Shown: in pieces, positions 37,699 through 46,393 of the stretch | Layout of the letters: every line of letters starts with the position of its first letter | Numbering within the stretch: the first letter of the stretch is position 1 | Origin: an uncultured Gemmatimonadales bacterium | Lineage (GTDB): Bacteria > Gemmatimonadota > Gemmatimonadetes > Gemmatimonadales > Gemmatimonadaceae | DNA: 64,000 nucleotides | Direction: 5' to 3' | Assembly: GCA_963850905.1 (NCBI GenBank) | Contig: CAWKMU010000004.1 | Span: 64,001 to 128,000 of the forward strand | Translations under genes and position numbers: made by a program | Notes under the pieces: generated by a model | What the model saw: the letters and a program-made list of their open reading frames with translations, nothing else | What the model was told of the DNA's origin: nothing | The model's database searches: none

Positions 37699-37894
37699 GG
37701 CGCTGACCCCGCGACCCGCTGTTATCGGCGGTTGGCCGCGCTTATATTGGTTGGTTCCCGTAGAGCCGCGGAGGGACCGCGGGAGGACCGGGTTGGATAC
37801 CGGCCGCTCGCCATGTCGCGTTGCGCGAACGGCTGGCTCTCGAGGTTTTGCACTGTCGAACCACTGATACCTAACACCTAACCCCTGCCGCTAT

Positions 37895-38578
37895 ATGGCA
37901 ACTGCACAATTGGGGGCGACACCGCGCAACGAGCGAGGCAAGGGCGCCGCGCGCGCACTGCGACGCGCGGGGCGCGTGCCCGGCGTCGTCTACGGGCACG
38001 CCCGCGAGCCACAGCCGCTGACGATCGACACGCGGGAGCTCGACCGACTTCTGGAACAGATCTCGGCTGAGAACACGGTCGTCGAGCTCGACCTGGGCGG
38101 GCACACCTCGCGGACGCTCATTCGCGAGATCCAGCGGCACCCATTTCGGCGGCAGATCCTGCACATCGATTTCCAGGAGCTCGTCGCCGGTGAAAAGGTG
38201 ACGGTGCGCATCCCGATCGTCCTGACGGGGTCACCCGTCGGGGTGCGAGTCGACGGCGGCGTATTGGATCAGACGCTGCGCGATCTCGAGATCGAGGTGG
38301 ATCCCGTCAACATGCCCAACCACATCGAGCTCGACGTCACCAACATGGTGATCGGGTCATCGCTCCACGTTTCCGACGTCGCGCTGCCACCTGGCGTCGA
38401 GGCGCTCAACGAGCCGGACACGACCATCTGTGTGTGTGCCGCGCCTCGAGCAGTCATCGAGGAGACGCCCGCCGCAGCGGCCGAAGCGGTCGAGCCGGCA
38501 GCCGAGCCGGAGGTCATTCGCAAGGCGAAGACCGACGAAGAAGAGGAGACCGACGAGAAGGACAAGGAGAAGAAGTAG
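37895..38578 (+). CDS. rplY: 50S ribosomal protein L25/Ctc
   Basis: GKGAARALRRAGRVPGVVYG, IQRHP...LHIDF, long CTC-type C-terminus. Confidence 0.95.
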   Translation: MATAQLGATPRNERGKGAARALRRAGRVPGVVYGHAREPQPLTIDTRELDRLLEQISAENTVVELDLGGHTSRTLIREIQRHPFRRQILHIDFQELVAGEKVTVRIPIVLTGSPVGVRVDGGVLDQTLRDLEIEVDPVNMPNHIELDVTNMVIGSSLHVSDVALPPGVEALNEPDTTICVCAAPRAVIEETPAAAAEAVEPAAEPEVIRKAKTDEEEETDEKDKEKK

Positions 38579-38637
38579 TTGCTGCCTGAGACGAGCCCAT
38601 CATGGCTTGTCTCAGGCGTCGTCGGACCGCACGATTT

Positions 38638-39210
38638 GTGAAGATCATCCTCGGGCTCGGAAACCCGGATCGCGAGTACGCACTCACCCGACACAACATC
38701 GCGTGGTGGGTCCTCGACCATCTCGCTGCCGTGTGGTCGTTCGATGGGTGGAAACGGGACCATGACGCGCTCGTCGCGTCGGGCGTCGTGGACGGTATCC
38801 GTACGCGGTTGATCAAGCCGCAAACGTACGTGAACCTCAGTGGCGCCGCGCTGCGTCCGTACGTGCGGCGCCCGACCTGGTCCGCCGCGACCGACCTGCT
38901 GGTGATTGCGGATGACATAGCTCTTCCCGTCGGCACGTACCGGGTCCGGCGCGCCGGCAGCAGCGGAGGTCACAATGGACTCAAGAGCATTGAAGCAGCA
39001 CTCGGATCACGAGAGTACGCGCGCCTCAAGATCGGCATCCGTCCCGACGTGGAGCCGGCTGGCGACCGCTGGCACGCAGACTACGTCCTCGGCCCGGTCG
39101 GTAAGGAGGAGCGTGCGATCCTCACCGCGCTCATGCCGACGCTGACGGATGCAGTCAAGGTGTGGCTCCATGAAGGTGTCGACGTCGCAATGAACCGGTT
39201 CAACCGCTAA
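38638..39210 (+). CDS. pth: Peptidyl-tRNA hydrolase
   Basis: ILGLGNP..Y..TRHN, KPQTYVNLSG, GSSGGHNGLKSI. Confidence 0.95.
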   Translation: MKIILGLGNPDREYALTRHNIAWWVLDHLAAVWSFDGWKRDHDALVASGVVDGIRTRLIKPQTYVNLSGAALRPYVRRPTWSAATDLLVIADDIALPVGTYRVRRAGSSGGHNGLKSIEAALGSREYARLKIGIRPDVEPAGDRWHADYVLGPVGKEERAILTALMPTLTDAVKVWLHEGVDVAMNRFNR

Positions 39211-39215
39211 CGGCG

Positions 39216-40316
39216 ATGCTGAAGCTCGGCATCGTGGGACTCCCCAATGTCGGCAAGTCGACGCTGTTCAACGCGCTGACTGCGGCGCATGCAGACGCCT
39301 CCAACTATCCCTTCTGCACGGTCGAGCCGAACGTCGGCATGGTCGAGGTGCCGGACACCCGGCTCGCGCACCTGGCGGCGATCGTGCAGCCCAAGCGGGT
39401 CGTACCGGCCGTCGTGCAGTTCGTCGACATCGCTGGGCTGGTGCAAGGCGCCGCAACTGGGGAAGGACTGGGGAATCAGTTCCTCGCCAACATTCGCGAG
39501 ACCGACGCGATCGTGCACGTCGTCCGGTGTTTCGAGGATCCGGATGTCACGCACGTGATGGGGGCGGTCGACCCCGTGCGCGATCGCGATGTCATCGATA
39601 TCGAGTTGGCGCTCGCAGACCTCGGCACGCTCGAGAAGCGGCTCGATCGCACTCGGCGAGCCGCACGCGCAAACGACAAGGACGCAGTGGCGGAGCTCCC
39701 CGCGCTCGAGCGCGCAGCCACCGAGCTGGGCGCGGGGCGCCCGCTCCGAGGAGCGCGCCTGACCAGGGAGGAGCACGCAGTCCTCACACAGCTGCAGTTG
39801 TTGACGCTCAAGCCAGTGCTCTACGCGGCGAACGTCAAGGACGATGAGTTGTCGGGACATGAGGGACCTCACCTCACTGCACTTCGACAAGCCGTCGCCG
39901 CGGCGGGCGAGCGCGCCGAGGTGGTGGCCTTCTCGGCCAGGATCGAGTCAGAGCTCGCCGAGCTGCCGCCCGCCGACCGCGCCGAGTTCTTGGCGTCCCT
40001 GGGCCTCGAGTCGGCGGGCCTGGATCGCTTGATTCAGGCCGGCTATCACCTGCTTGGACTGCAGACATTCTTTACGGCCGGGGACCCGGAAGTTCGAGCC
40101 TGGACGATCCACCGTGGCGACGCCGCGCCGACCGCCGCGGGCGTCATCCACACCGACTTCGAGCGCGGCTTCATTCGCGCCGAAACGGTGAGCTATCCCG
40201 ACTTCGTCGGCTTCGGCGGCTGGAAGACGGCCCGTGAACGCGGGGCCGTGCGCTCGGAAGGCAAGGAGTACGTCGTGCAGGACGGAGATGTGATGCTTTT
40301 TCGGTTTAATGTGTGA
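39216..40316 (+). CDS. ychF: Redox-regulated ATPase YchF
   Basis: GIVGLPNVGKSTLFN, NYPFCT, DIAGLV, GVIHTDFERGFIRAE, GKEYVVQDGD. Confidence 0.97.
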   Translation: MLKLGIVGLPNVGKSTLFNALTAAHADASNYPFCTVEPNVGMVEVPDTRLAHLAAIVQPKRVVPAVVQFVDIAGLVQGAATGEGLGNQFLANIRETDAIVHVVRCFEDPDVTHVMGAVDPVRDRDVIDIELALADLGTLEKRLDRTRRAARANDKDAVAELPALERAATELGAGRPLRGARLTREEHAVLTQLQLLTLKPVLYAANVKDDELSGHEGPHLTALRQAVAAAGERAEVVAFSARIESELAELPPADRAEFLASLGLESAGLDRLIQAGYHLLGLQTFFTAGDPEVRAWTIHRGDAAPTAAGVIHTDFERGFIRAETVSYPDFVGFGGWKTARERGAVRSEGKEYVVQDGDVMLFRFNV

Positions 40317-40318
40317 GC

Positions 40319-40345
40319 ATTTTGGCCCGCACAGCGGGCCAAAAT
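40319..40345 (+). terminator. Hairpin after ychF
   Basis: ATTTTGGCCCGC-ACA-GCGGGCCAAAAT perfect 12-bp stem. Confidence 0.7.
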
Positions 40346-40358
40346 AGAGAGGAGCGAA

Positions 40359-40458
40359 GCAGAAAGGAGAAAGGAGACACAGAGCTTGGCGCCGCCAGGA
40401 TGATATGTGCGCCATCGGGCTGCGCTCCTCGGTCTCTTCTCTCCTCTCTCCTTTCTGC
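40359..40458. repeat. Palindromic element with 7-bp repeat arms (GAAAGGA / TCCTTTC-like)
   Basis: gcagaaaggagaaaggagac ... gtctcttctctcctctctcctttctgc. Confidence 0.7.
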
Positions 40459-40535
40459 CGTTAAGTCGAAGCTGGCCCTTAGCCTGCAACCCCATTAGCT
40501 TTGCGGTCGCGGCTCTGCCGCATGGATCGACACGT

Positions 40536-40590
40536 ACCCTCCTCCCGCGGCCGGCAACCCCCGGGAGGCGGCTCAGAGACCAAAGGGAGG
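40536..40590 (+). promoter_or_regulatory. Putative S6:S18 ribosomal-protein leader (autoregulatory RNA)
   Basis: CCTCCC...GGCCG...AGACCAAAGGGAGG: an anti-SD arm pairs with the rpsF SD and a CCG-type motif is present, as in known rpsF leaders. Confidence 0.55.
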
Positions 40591-40598
40591 ATTGCCAA

Positions 40599-40973
40599 AT
40601 GCCCCGCCCATACGAGGTGGTGTACATCTTCGACTCGTCGCTCGAAGACGGCGTTATCGCCGACAAGCTGACGCGATTCCATGGCATGCTGGGGACGAGT
40701 GGTACCCCGCCCGCCGACTTGCACGTCGACCTGTGGGGTCGACGCCAACTTGCCTACACCATCGGTCCGCGCGAAACCGGCTACTACGCCGTCGCACGCT
40801 TTGGGACCGAACCCGACACGCTGCCCGAGTACGAGCGCGCGCTCAAGCTCGATGATGGAGTCGTGCGCTACTTGATCTCGCTGCACGAGCACGAGGTGGG
40901 CGCGCCGCCCATGTCTGAGGAAGACCTCGTGGCGGCTCGGCGTCGCGACGATGACGACGATGATGAGGAATAA
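40599..40973 (+). CDS. rpsF: 30S ribosomal protein S6
   Basis: RPYEVVYIF, WGRRQLAYTI, G.Y, VVRYL; acidic tail; GGGAGG SD. Confidence 0.95.
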   Translation: MPRPYEVVYIFDSSLEDGVIADKLTRFHGMLGTSGTPPADLHVDLWGRRQLAYTIGPRETGYYAVARFGTEPDTLPEYERALKLDDGVVRYLISLHEHEVGAPPMSEEDLVAARRRDDDDDDEE

Positions 40974-40976
40974 CTA

Positions 40977-41198
40977 ATGCGTCGCCCACAGAAGTCCTGC
41001 CCGTTTTGCGAGATGCGTGTGCGGTTCATCGACTACAAGGATGATCGGACCCTCGGTCGCTTCATTACCGATCACGGCAAGATTCTCCCCAGTCGGTTGA
41101 GCGGGACCTGCGCGCGTCATCAACGCCAGCTTGCGACCGCAGTCAAGCGAGCGCGGTATCTCGCGCTGATTCCTTACGTCAAAGGTCACACCGCTTAG
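40977..41198 (+). CDS. rpsR: 30S ribosomal protein S18 (Zn-binding C+ form)
   Basis: [36 protein letters not shown]. Confidence 0.97.
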   Translation: MRRPQKSCPFCEMRVRFIDYKDDRTLGRFITDHGKILPSRLSGTCARHQRQLATAVKRARYLALIPYVKGHTA

Positions 41199-41253
41199 CG
41201 CACGCACGTCGGTCCCCTCCGGCGCCGCTGAAGCGGCCGGCCGGGGCCACGGC

Positions 41254-42252
41254 ATGCTGCTGTTGATGGCGGTTGCCGCCTTCCTGCTGGTGCCATCAAC
41301 GCCGCTGCTCCAGAACGTGGCGCCGGTGATGGACACGGCGCTGTTGCTCGTACCCGCGATCGCCGTGTGCGCGGCGTTGGGCTGGGCGGTCGGGGGGCGC
41401 GCGTGGCTCGCCGCCGTCTGGGCGAGCCTTGCGGTAGTCCTCGTGCTGTGGCACGGACTCTCGCACATCACCTACACCGCACTGCAGTGCGGGTGGGCGC
41501 TCGTGCTGGCCGCGTCCTTCGGCCTCGTGTGCGCCGCAAGTCCTCCGGCAACGCGGTTTCTGTCCCGCGCGTTGACCGCCCTCGCCCTCAGTGTGGGACT
41601 CGTGGGGCTTCTGACGCTCGGGAGCCAGAATGCGGCAAGCGCCGTGACCCAATCGATCCATTTGAACGCGGCCTCGCGGCCGAACAAAGCCCTGAGCTGG
41701 GTAAAGGAGACCGCGAGCACCGAGGAATGGCGAGATTGGACCGCGAGCTCACGCCAGGGCACCGCCTTCGCGACCGCGGAGGAAGCGCTGGATGAGGTGC
41801 TCTCGACACTACCCGAGGACGCCGTGGCGTTTTATCCCGCGTTGCTCGGCCTGGAATCACTTGCCGCGCTCGCGCTGGCATGGGCGGTCTATCACCGGAT
41901 CAGTCGAGCACGGATCGGAGAACCGCTCAGCCGGTTGGCCGACTTTCGTTTTAGTGACCAGCTCGCGTGGGGGCTGATTGCCGGCGCGCTGCTGGTGCTC
42001 TTGCGCCCCACGAGCGACTGGGCGGCGCTCGGACTCAATCTGCTCTTGTTCTTCGGGGCGCTGTATGCCCTCCGCGGCCTGGCTGTTGTCGCCTGGTACG
42101 TGCGGACCCTGCACGTGAGTGCGCCAGCCATCACTGCGCTGGCGCTCATCGCGGCGCTGTTGTCCGCCCCCGCGTCGCTCGGACTGGCACTGATCGGACT
42201 GACCGACTCGTGGGTCGATTGGCGCAGCCGCGCGCGACCCGCGACGCGGTGA
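41254..42252 (+). CDS. DUF2232 (YybS-like) membrane protein
   Basis: Multi-TM between rpsR and rplI; L..FRF.D.L.W, N...F...LY...G.AV, G..D.W.D.R C-terminal pattern. Confidence 0.75.
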   Translation: MLLLMAVAAFLLVPSTPLLQNVAPVMDTALLLVPAIAVCAALGWAVGGRAWLAAVWASLAVVLVLWHGLSHITYTALQCGWALVLAASFGLVCAASPPATRFLSRALTALALSVGLVGLLTLGSQNAASAVTQSIHLNAASRPNKALSWVKETASTEEWRDWTASSRQGTAFATAEEALDEVLSTLPEDAVAFYPALLGLESLAALALAWAVYHRISRARIGEPLSRLADFRFSDQLAWGLIAGALLVLLRPTSDWAALGLNLLLFFGALYALRGLAVVAWYVRTLHVSAPAITALALIAALLSAPASLGLALIGLTDSWVDWRSRARPATR

Positions 42253-42331
42253 GCTACAGAGATTACGTGTTAAGAGTTAGGGTTTAAGAACGCCACCAAT
42301 TGTCTTCTTTCGCTTGCGGAGTGAACCGGTC

Positions 42332-42775
42332 ATGGAAGTCATCTTGCGCGCTGCAGTCGAAAACTTGGGCCACCCGGGCGACATCGTGAACGTCGCGCCA
42401 GGGTACGGGCGCAATTACTTGCTCCCGCGCGGCCTCGCGTATGCGGCAACGCCTGGCAACAAGAAGCGCATGGAACAGGAGCATCAGCGTCTCGAAGCAG
42501 CAGAGTCGTCGCGCCGGAGCACCGCCGCCCAGCTTGGTGAGCGCCTGGAACAGGTCTCCCTCACCTTCTCGGCACGCGTCGGCGACGAAGGAAAGCTCTT
42601 TGGCTCGGTGACAGCCGCGGACATCGTGCACCAACTCGAGAGCCAGGGCTTCAACGTCGAAAAGCGCCAGATCGATCTCCACGAGCCGATCCGCTCGCTT
42701 GGCGTGTATCGCGTTCCGATCCGCCTGCATGCCGACGTGAAACCCGAGATCAAAGTGTGGGTCATCAAAGCCTAG
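42332..42775 (+). CDS. rplI: 50S ribosomal protein L9
   Basis: MEVIL...V.NLG..GD.V.V..GYGRNYLLPRGLA, GKLFGSVT. Confidence 0.97.
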   Translation: MEVILRAAVENLGHPGDIVNVAPGYGRNYLLPRGLAYAATPGNKKRMEQEHQRLEAAESSRRSTAAQLGERLEQVSLTFSARVGDEGKLFGSVTAADIVHQLESQGFNVEKRQIDLHEPIRSLGVYRVPIRLHADVKPEIKVWVIKA

Positions 42776-42836
42776 TAGCCGGACTCGTTCTTGCCGTTCG
42801 CAAGATCGCGCCGCGCCTGATTCTCACCCGAGTCGA

Positions 42837-43214
42837 ATGCCCCGACCTGTTGCGACAGTCAATGTAGCCGCAGTCGCCCATCGCGCGGCGACGCTGTGTG
42901 TGGATCGTAAGAGCAATGATGTCGTCATACTGAATTTGAAGCCGCTGACCGACATGACGGACTACTTTGTGATCGCGAGCGGCACCTCAGATACACATGT
43001 CAGAAGCGTGGCCGAGCACGTGGTGACCGAGCTCAAGAAAGAGGGCACACCCGTCTATCACATCGAGGGGCTCGCACAAGGTCGGTGGGTCCTGCTCGAT
43101 TATGTGGACTTCGTCGTGCATATCTTCCACCCAGCGCTGCGCTCGTTCTACCAGCTCGAACGCTTGTGGGGCGATGCAGAGGTGACGCCGGTCGGGACCG
43201 CGACGGTCGCTTAG
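42837..43214 (+). CDS. rsfS: Ribosome silencing factor
   Basis: DYFVIASG.S..HV, WVLLDYVDFVVHIF...R.FY.LERLW. Confidence 0.95.
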   Translation: MPRPVATVNVAAVAHRAATLCVDRKSNDVVILNLKPLTDMTDYFVIASGTSDTHVRSVAEHVVTELKKEGTPVYHIEGLAQGRWVLLDYVDFVVHIFHPALRSFYQLERLWGDAEVTPVGTATVA

Positions 43215-43447
43215 ACGGTACGGAGCTTCCCCCGGCGCTGTACAACCTCGCCATCATGCGTTGGGACTGCGCCATCTCGATCGACGCCGGCCGACGAGGC
43301 ACTGGAGCCGGTCGTTCGGTCCGGAATTTTTGAATGTCGACGCACTGCGTGCCCCCGGCGGTCCGCGGTCTGCTTAGTCGTTGTCTACTTTCAACTTTCT
43401 GCCCTTCTACTCTCTCGGAGGCCAAGCCTCCGTGGTAGATTGAGCAC

Positions 43448-45001
43448 GTGTGGAGATCCGTCTGGCCCCTGGCCGTGCTCACGCTTGTCGCGTGCAACAG
43501 GGACCGTCCGTCGGCACATGCCACAAACCCACCGCCGGCCACGTCGACCGCGGGGCAGGCGCCACCGGCCACCGGCCCGGAAGCCCTCATCCTGCGCGTC
43601 CCGCGCACCGGGGGCATCGCGCATGCCTACGACTACGACCACCTCGACTCGGCCATTTGGACGTCGACGGACCGGGTGCCCACGATCGCGCGGGTGCTGG
43701 CGTTCGACGACAACGATGGGTCGGCCGTCGTCGTCGATGCGCGCGGCGCACCCCGCCGCATTGCGCTCCGAACCGGGGCGGTCAGTGACCCGCCTGATGT
43801 CAAGTTGACCGCCCTCCGCTCCGTGGACGGTGCGTCCGTCTACGGGGTGTCGCCGACCGGCGTGGTCACGCGTTTGACCCCGACGGACGTGCACCCGTGG
43901 ACGCTTCGACCACCCGAAGCCGCACGCGACGTCGCGCCGCAGCCCGACGGCAGCGTGCTGATCGTCGGCGACGGAACCGGCCCGGTCAAGCTGTGGCTCG
44001 TTCGGCCACCAGGGACCACGATGCTGGACAGCGCCTCCCTGCCCCATGCCTCACGCCTGGTGCGTACCGTCGTTGGTGATCGAGCCTACTTCGCGTCTGA
44101 TTCAGCCTTGCAGGCGGTCCGGACCCGGGACCTCCAACCATCCCAGCCGGTCCAGTTCGATCGGCGCCTGCGGGCCATTGCACCCACGCCGAGCGGGGAC
44201 CGTTTGTTCATTGGCCTCGATTCCGTGAGTGCGCTGCGCGTGATCGACCGGTATAGTGGCCAGGATAATGGGACCGTCCCCCTTCCGGGTCCGGCGAGCG
44301 AGTTGCGCATGGATTCGCTCGGCCGCTTCCTGCTGGTCCGACCCCTGCATGGCGGAGATTCGGCGTGGGTTGTCGCCGTTGGCACCGACCGAGTCGTCGG
44401 CCATGTTCGCACTGCGTGGACGGCGGACCTGCCGTTCGTAGGCGTCGATGGATCCATCGTGGTTGCCCAGGGCGCGGATGTGCTCCTCTTGGACCCGCAG
44501 TCTTTCGCTGTTCGTCGCACCGTCACGGATGGCGCGCATGATTTCTGGATCCCGGTACGCTGGAATGGGCTCCGACCACGGGCACCGGGTCTCGACCAGC
44601 CGGTGACGTTTCCCAACGCGCCCACTGACACCACCGACTCGATCCTGGCGGCGATCCGCCGGAGCCAACAGGACACCTCGGCCCATGCGGCCCCGGCGCC
44701 ATCGCCGACGACCTCGGTCCCGGTCGTCGACAGCGCCCAGGGACGACTCAACGCGCCGAGTGCTCCGCATACCGCAGGCTTCACCGTGCAGTTTGCCGCG
44801 CTGCTCAACGCGGATTCCGCGCGGCACCGGGCGGACCGCATCGTGTCCAACGGCCAGCACGCACGTGTCATCCCGACCTCGCGTGGTGCGACGACCGTTT
44901 ACGTGGTGGTGCTTGGCCCGTATCCTACGCGCGATGCTGCCGACGCGGCCGCGCGCGCCAGCCACCAGCCGAGTCCATGGGTGTACGAGGGGGCGCCGTG
45001 A
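43448..45001 (+). CDS. Lipoprotein with beta-propeller and C-terminal SPOR domain
   Basis: Lipobox LVAC; beta-rich repeats; FTVQFAAL....A...YVVVLGPY.TR..A (SPOR). Confidence 0.75.
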   Translation: MWRSVWPLAVLTLVACNRDRPSAHATNPPPATSTAGQAPPATGPEALILRVPRTGGIAHAYDYDHLDSAIWTSTDRVPTIARVLAFDDNDGSAVVVDARGAPRRIALRTGAVSDPPDVKLTALRSVDGASVYGVSPTGVVTRLTPTDVHPWTLRPPEAARDVAPQPDGSVLIVGDGTGPVKLWLVRPPGTTMLDSASLPHASRLVRTVVGDRAYFASDSALQAVRTRDLQPSQPVQFDRRLRAIAPTPSGDRLFIGLDSVSALRVIDRYSGQDNGTVPLPGPASELRMDSLGRFLLVRPLHGGDSAWVVAVGTDRVVGHVRTAWTADLPFVGVDGSIVVAQGADVLLLDPQSFAVRRTVTDGAHDFWIPVRWNGLRPRAPGLDQPVTFPNAPTDTTDSILAAIRRSQQDTSAHAAPAPSPTTSVPVVDSAQGRLNAPSAPHTAGFTVQFAALLNADSARHRADRIVSNGQHARVIPTSRGATTVYVVVLGPYPTRDAADAAARASHQPSPWVYEGAP

Positions 45002-46269
45002 CACTGACTGGGACTGAAGACGCAGCCGCGGTGGCGGTCATTGGGCGTGATGCCGTAGCGACCGGCAGCGCGGCCCTCGAGTTGGCGCGCGCGGAAGCGC
45101 GCCACCGTGCGGTCACGATCGTTGACCTGATCGGCGATGCCCCTCCGCTCCGGCGGGTCGTGCAGTCGGATGACGATCACGGAGTTGCGGATTGCTTCAC
45201 ATATGGCATGTCGTTCGGCGCCGTCTCCCGCCCGACCACCGCCGATCCGCACGTGTCCGTCATCTCGTCGGGGAGTGAGCCCCTCGCCTACCCCGAGGCG
45301 TTGGGGAGCCGGCGGTGGGAACGCTTGATCGCGCAAACGCGCCAACGCGGTGACCTGGTCGTCTTCGCCGCGCTGGCGGGCACGCCCGGCCTCGACACGC
45401 TCATCTCGCGAATCGATTTCGTGATTCCCGAGGGTCTCGTCCTCCGGCCGCCGCCCATCGCGACCGTGACGTCCGCCCCAGCAGCCGACGTCCCGGCGCG
45501 CCCCCGTGCGCCGCGCGTGCTTGTGTCGCAGTCGCCTGGGTTGTCCCGGCGCCGCGTAGTTGGCATCACGGCGGCCCTGGCCGTGGTGCTCGTGGCAGCA
45601 GGCACGGCGTGGGCCGTGCGTCGGTCGACGGCGACGCCATCGCGCACAGTCGCAACGGCCGCCGCGAGCGACACGGACCGGAGGGACACTTTGACCTCAA
45701 CGGCGCAACTCGCCGAGCACCGCGCAGGCGATGTGCCGTCTGGGTTGGTCGGCGCGCTCGCCGATCCCGAGGACTCGGGCGTTGCGTCCGCCTTCGCGAT
45801 CCGGGTAGGCACATATCCCACTTACGAGGCCGCCCTTCGCGCACTGCGCCAGGAGATCAAACGCGGAGCGGCCACTGTTACGCCCCTCCCGCAACCCGCC
45901 GCGACGTCGCCCGCCGGCACGACGGGACAAACCTTCGCTCTCTATGTCGGGGCCGCATCAACCGCGGCGACACTGGACTCCGTGGCCCAGGCCTGGTCGC
46001 GGGCGGGCGGGTTTGTCGGGGGCACCGTGACGCACACGCCGTATGCCCTGCGCCTCACCGGCCGCATCTTGCCAGACTCCGCCCGTCGCGCGACCATCGC
46101 GTTTCGCCTGCGCGGCGTGCCCGCCTACGCGCTCGACGCCGCCGATGGTCGTGCCGCAGTCTATGCGGGCGCGTTCGTCTCCGCTGATCAGGCCGGGCCG
46201 CTTGCCACCTCCTTGCACAAAATCGGCCTCACACCAGTGCTAGCGTACCGCGTGGGCCAAGCGCCATAG
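44998..46269 (+). CDS. Single-TM protein: degenerate MinD/BY-kinase-like N-terminal domain, TM, SPOR-like domains
   Basis: GTGA overlap; VTIVDL...L......GVAD......G..P....RW..L..... pattern; TM at about aa 190-212; FAIRVGTY and VYAGAF SPOR-like motifs. Confidence 0.6.
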   Translation: MTLTGTEDAAAVAVIGRDAVATGSAALELARAEARHRAVTIVDLIGDAPPLRRVVQSDDDHGVADCFTYGMSFGAVSRPTTADPHVSVISSGSEPLAYPEALGSRRWERLIAQTRQRGDLVVFAALAGTPGLDTLISRIDFVIPEGLVLRPPPIATVTSAPAADVPARPRAPRVLVSQSPGLSRRRVVGITAALAVVLVAAGTAWAVRRSTATPSRTVATAAASDTDRRDTLTSTAQLAEHRAGDVPSGLVGALADPEDSGVASAFAIRVGTYPTYEAALRALRQEIKRGAATVTPLPQPAATSPAGTTGQTFALYVGAASTAATLDSVAQAWSRAGGFVGGTVTHTPYALRLTGRILPDSARRATIAFRLRGVPAYALDAADGRAAVYAGAFVSADQAGPLATSLHKIGLTPVLAYRVGQAP

Positions 46270-46393
46270 TGGAGCGCAACCTGTCGACCCGGCCTGGGCG
46301 TGGTTCGCACACCGCTGGTAAACGTGGTTGCCGTCGTCTTCTCTCCCCCGTCCCCTTTTTCCTCTCTCGGGTGCGCAGCGCCCGGGGTCCCTC

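Noticed and set aside
14807..40458. Repeat elements as a possible CRISPR array or IS ends
   Set aside because: No constant 23-47-bp repeat with unique spacers, no cas or transposase genes, and no clear target-site duplications.
43215..43447. Possible small gene or ncRNA between rsfS and the SPOR lipoprotein
   Set aside because: No convincing start/SD or recognisable structure beyond a single heptamer-repeat arm.
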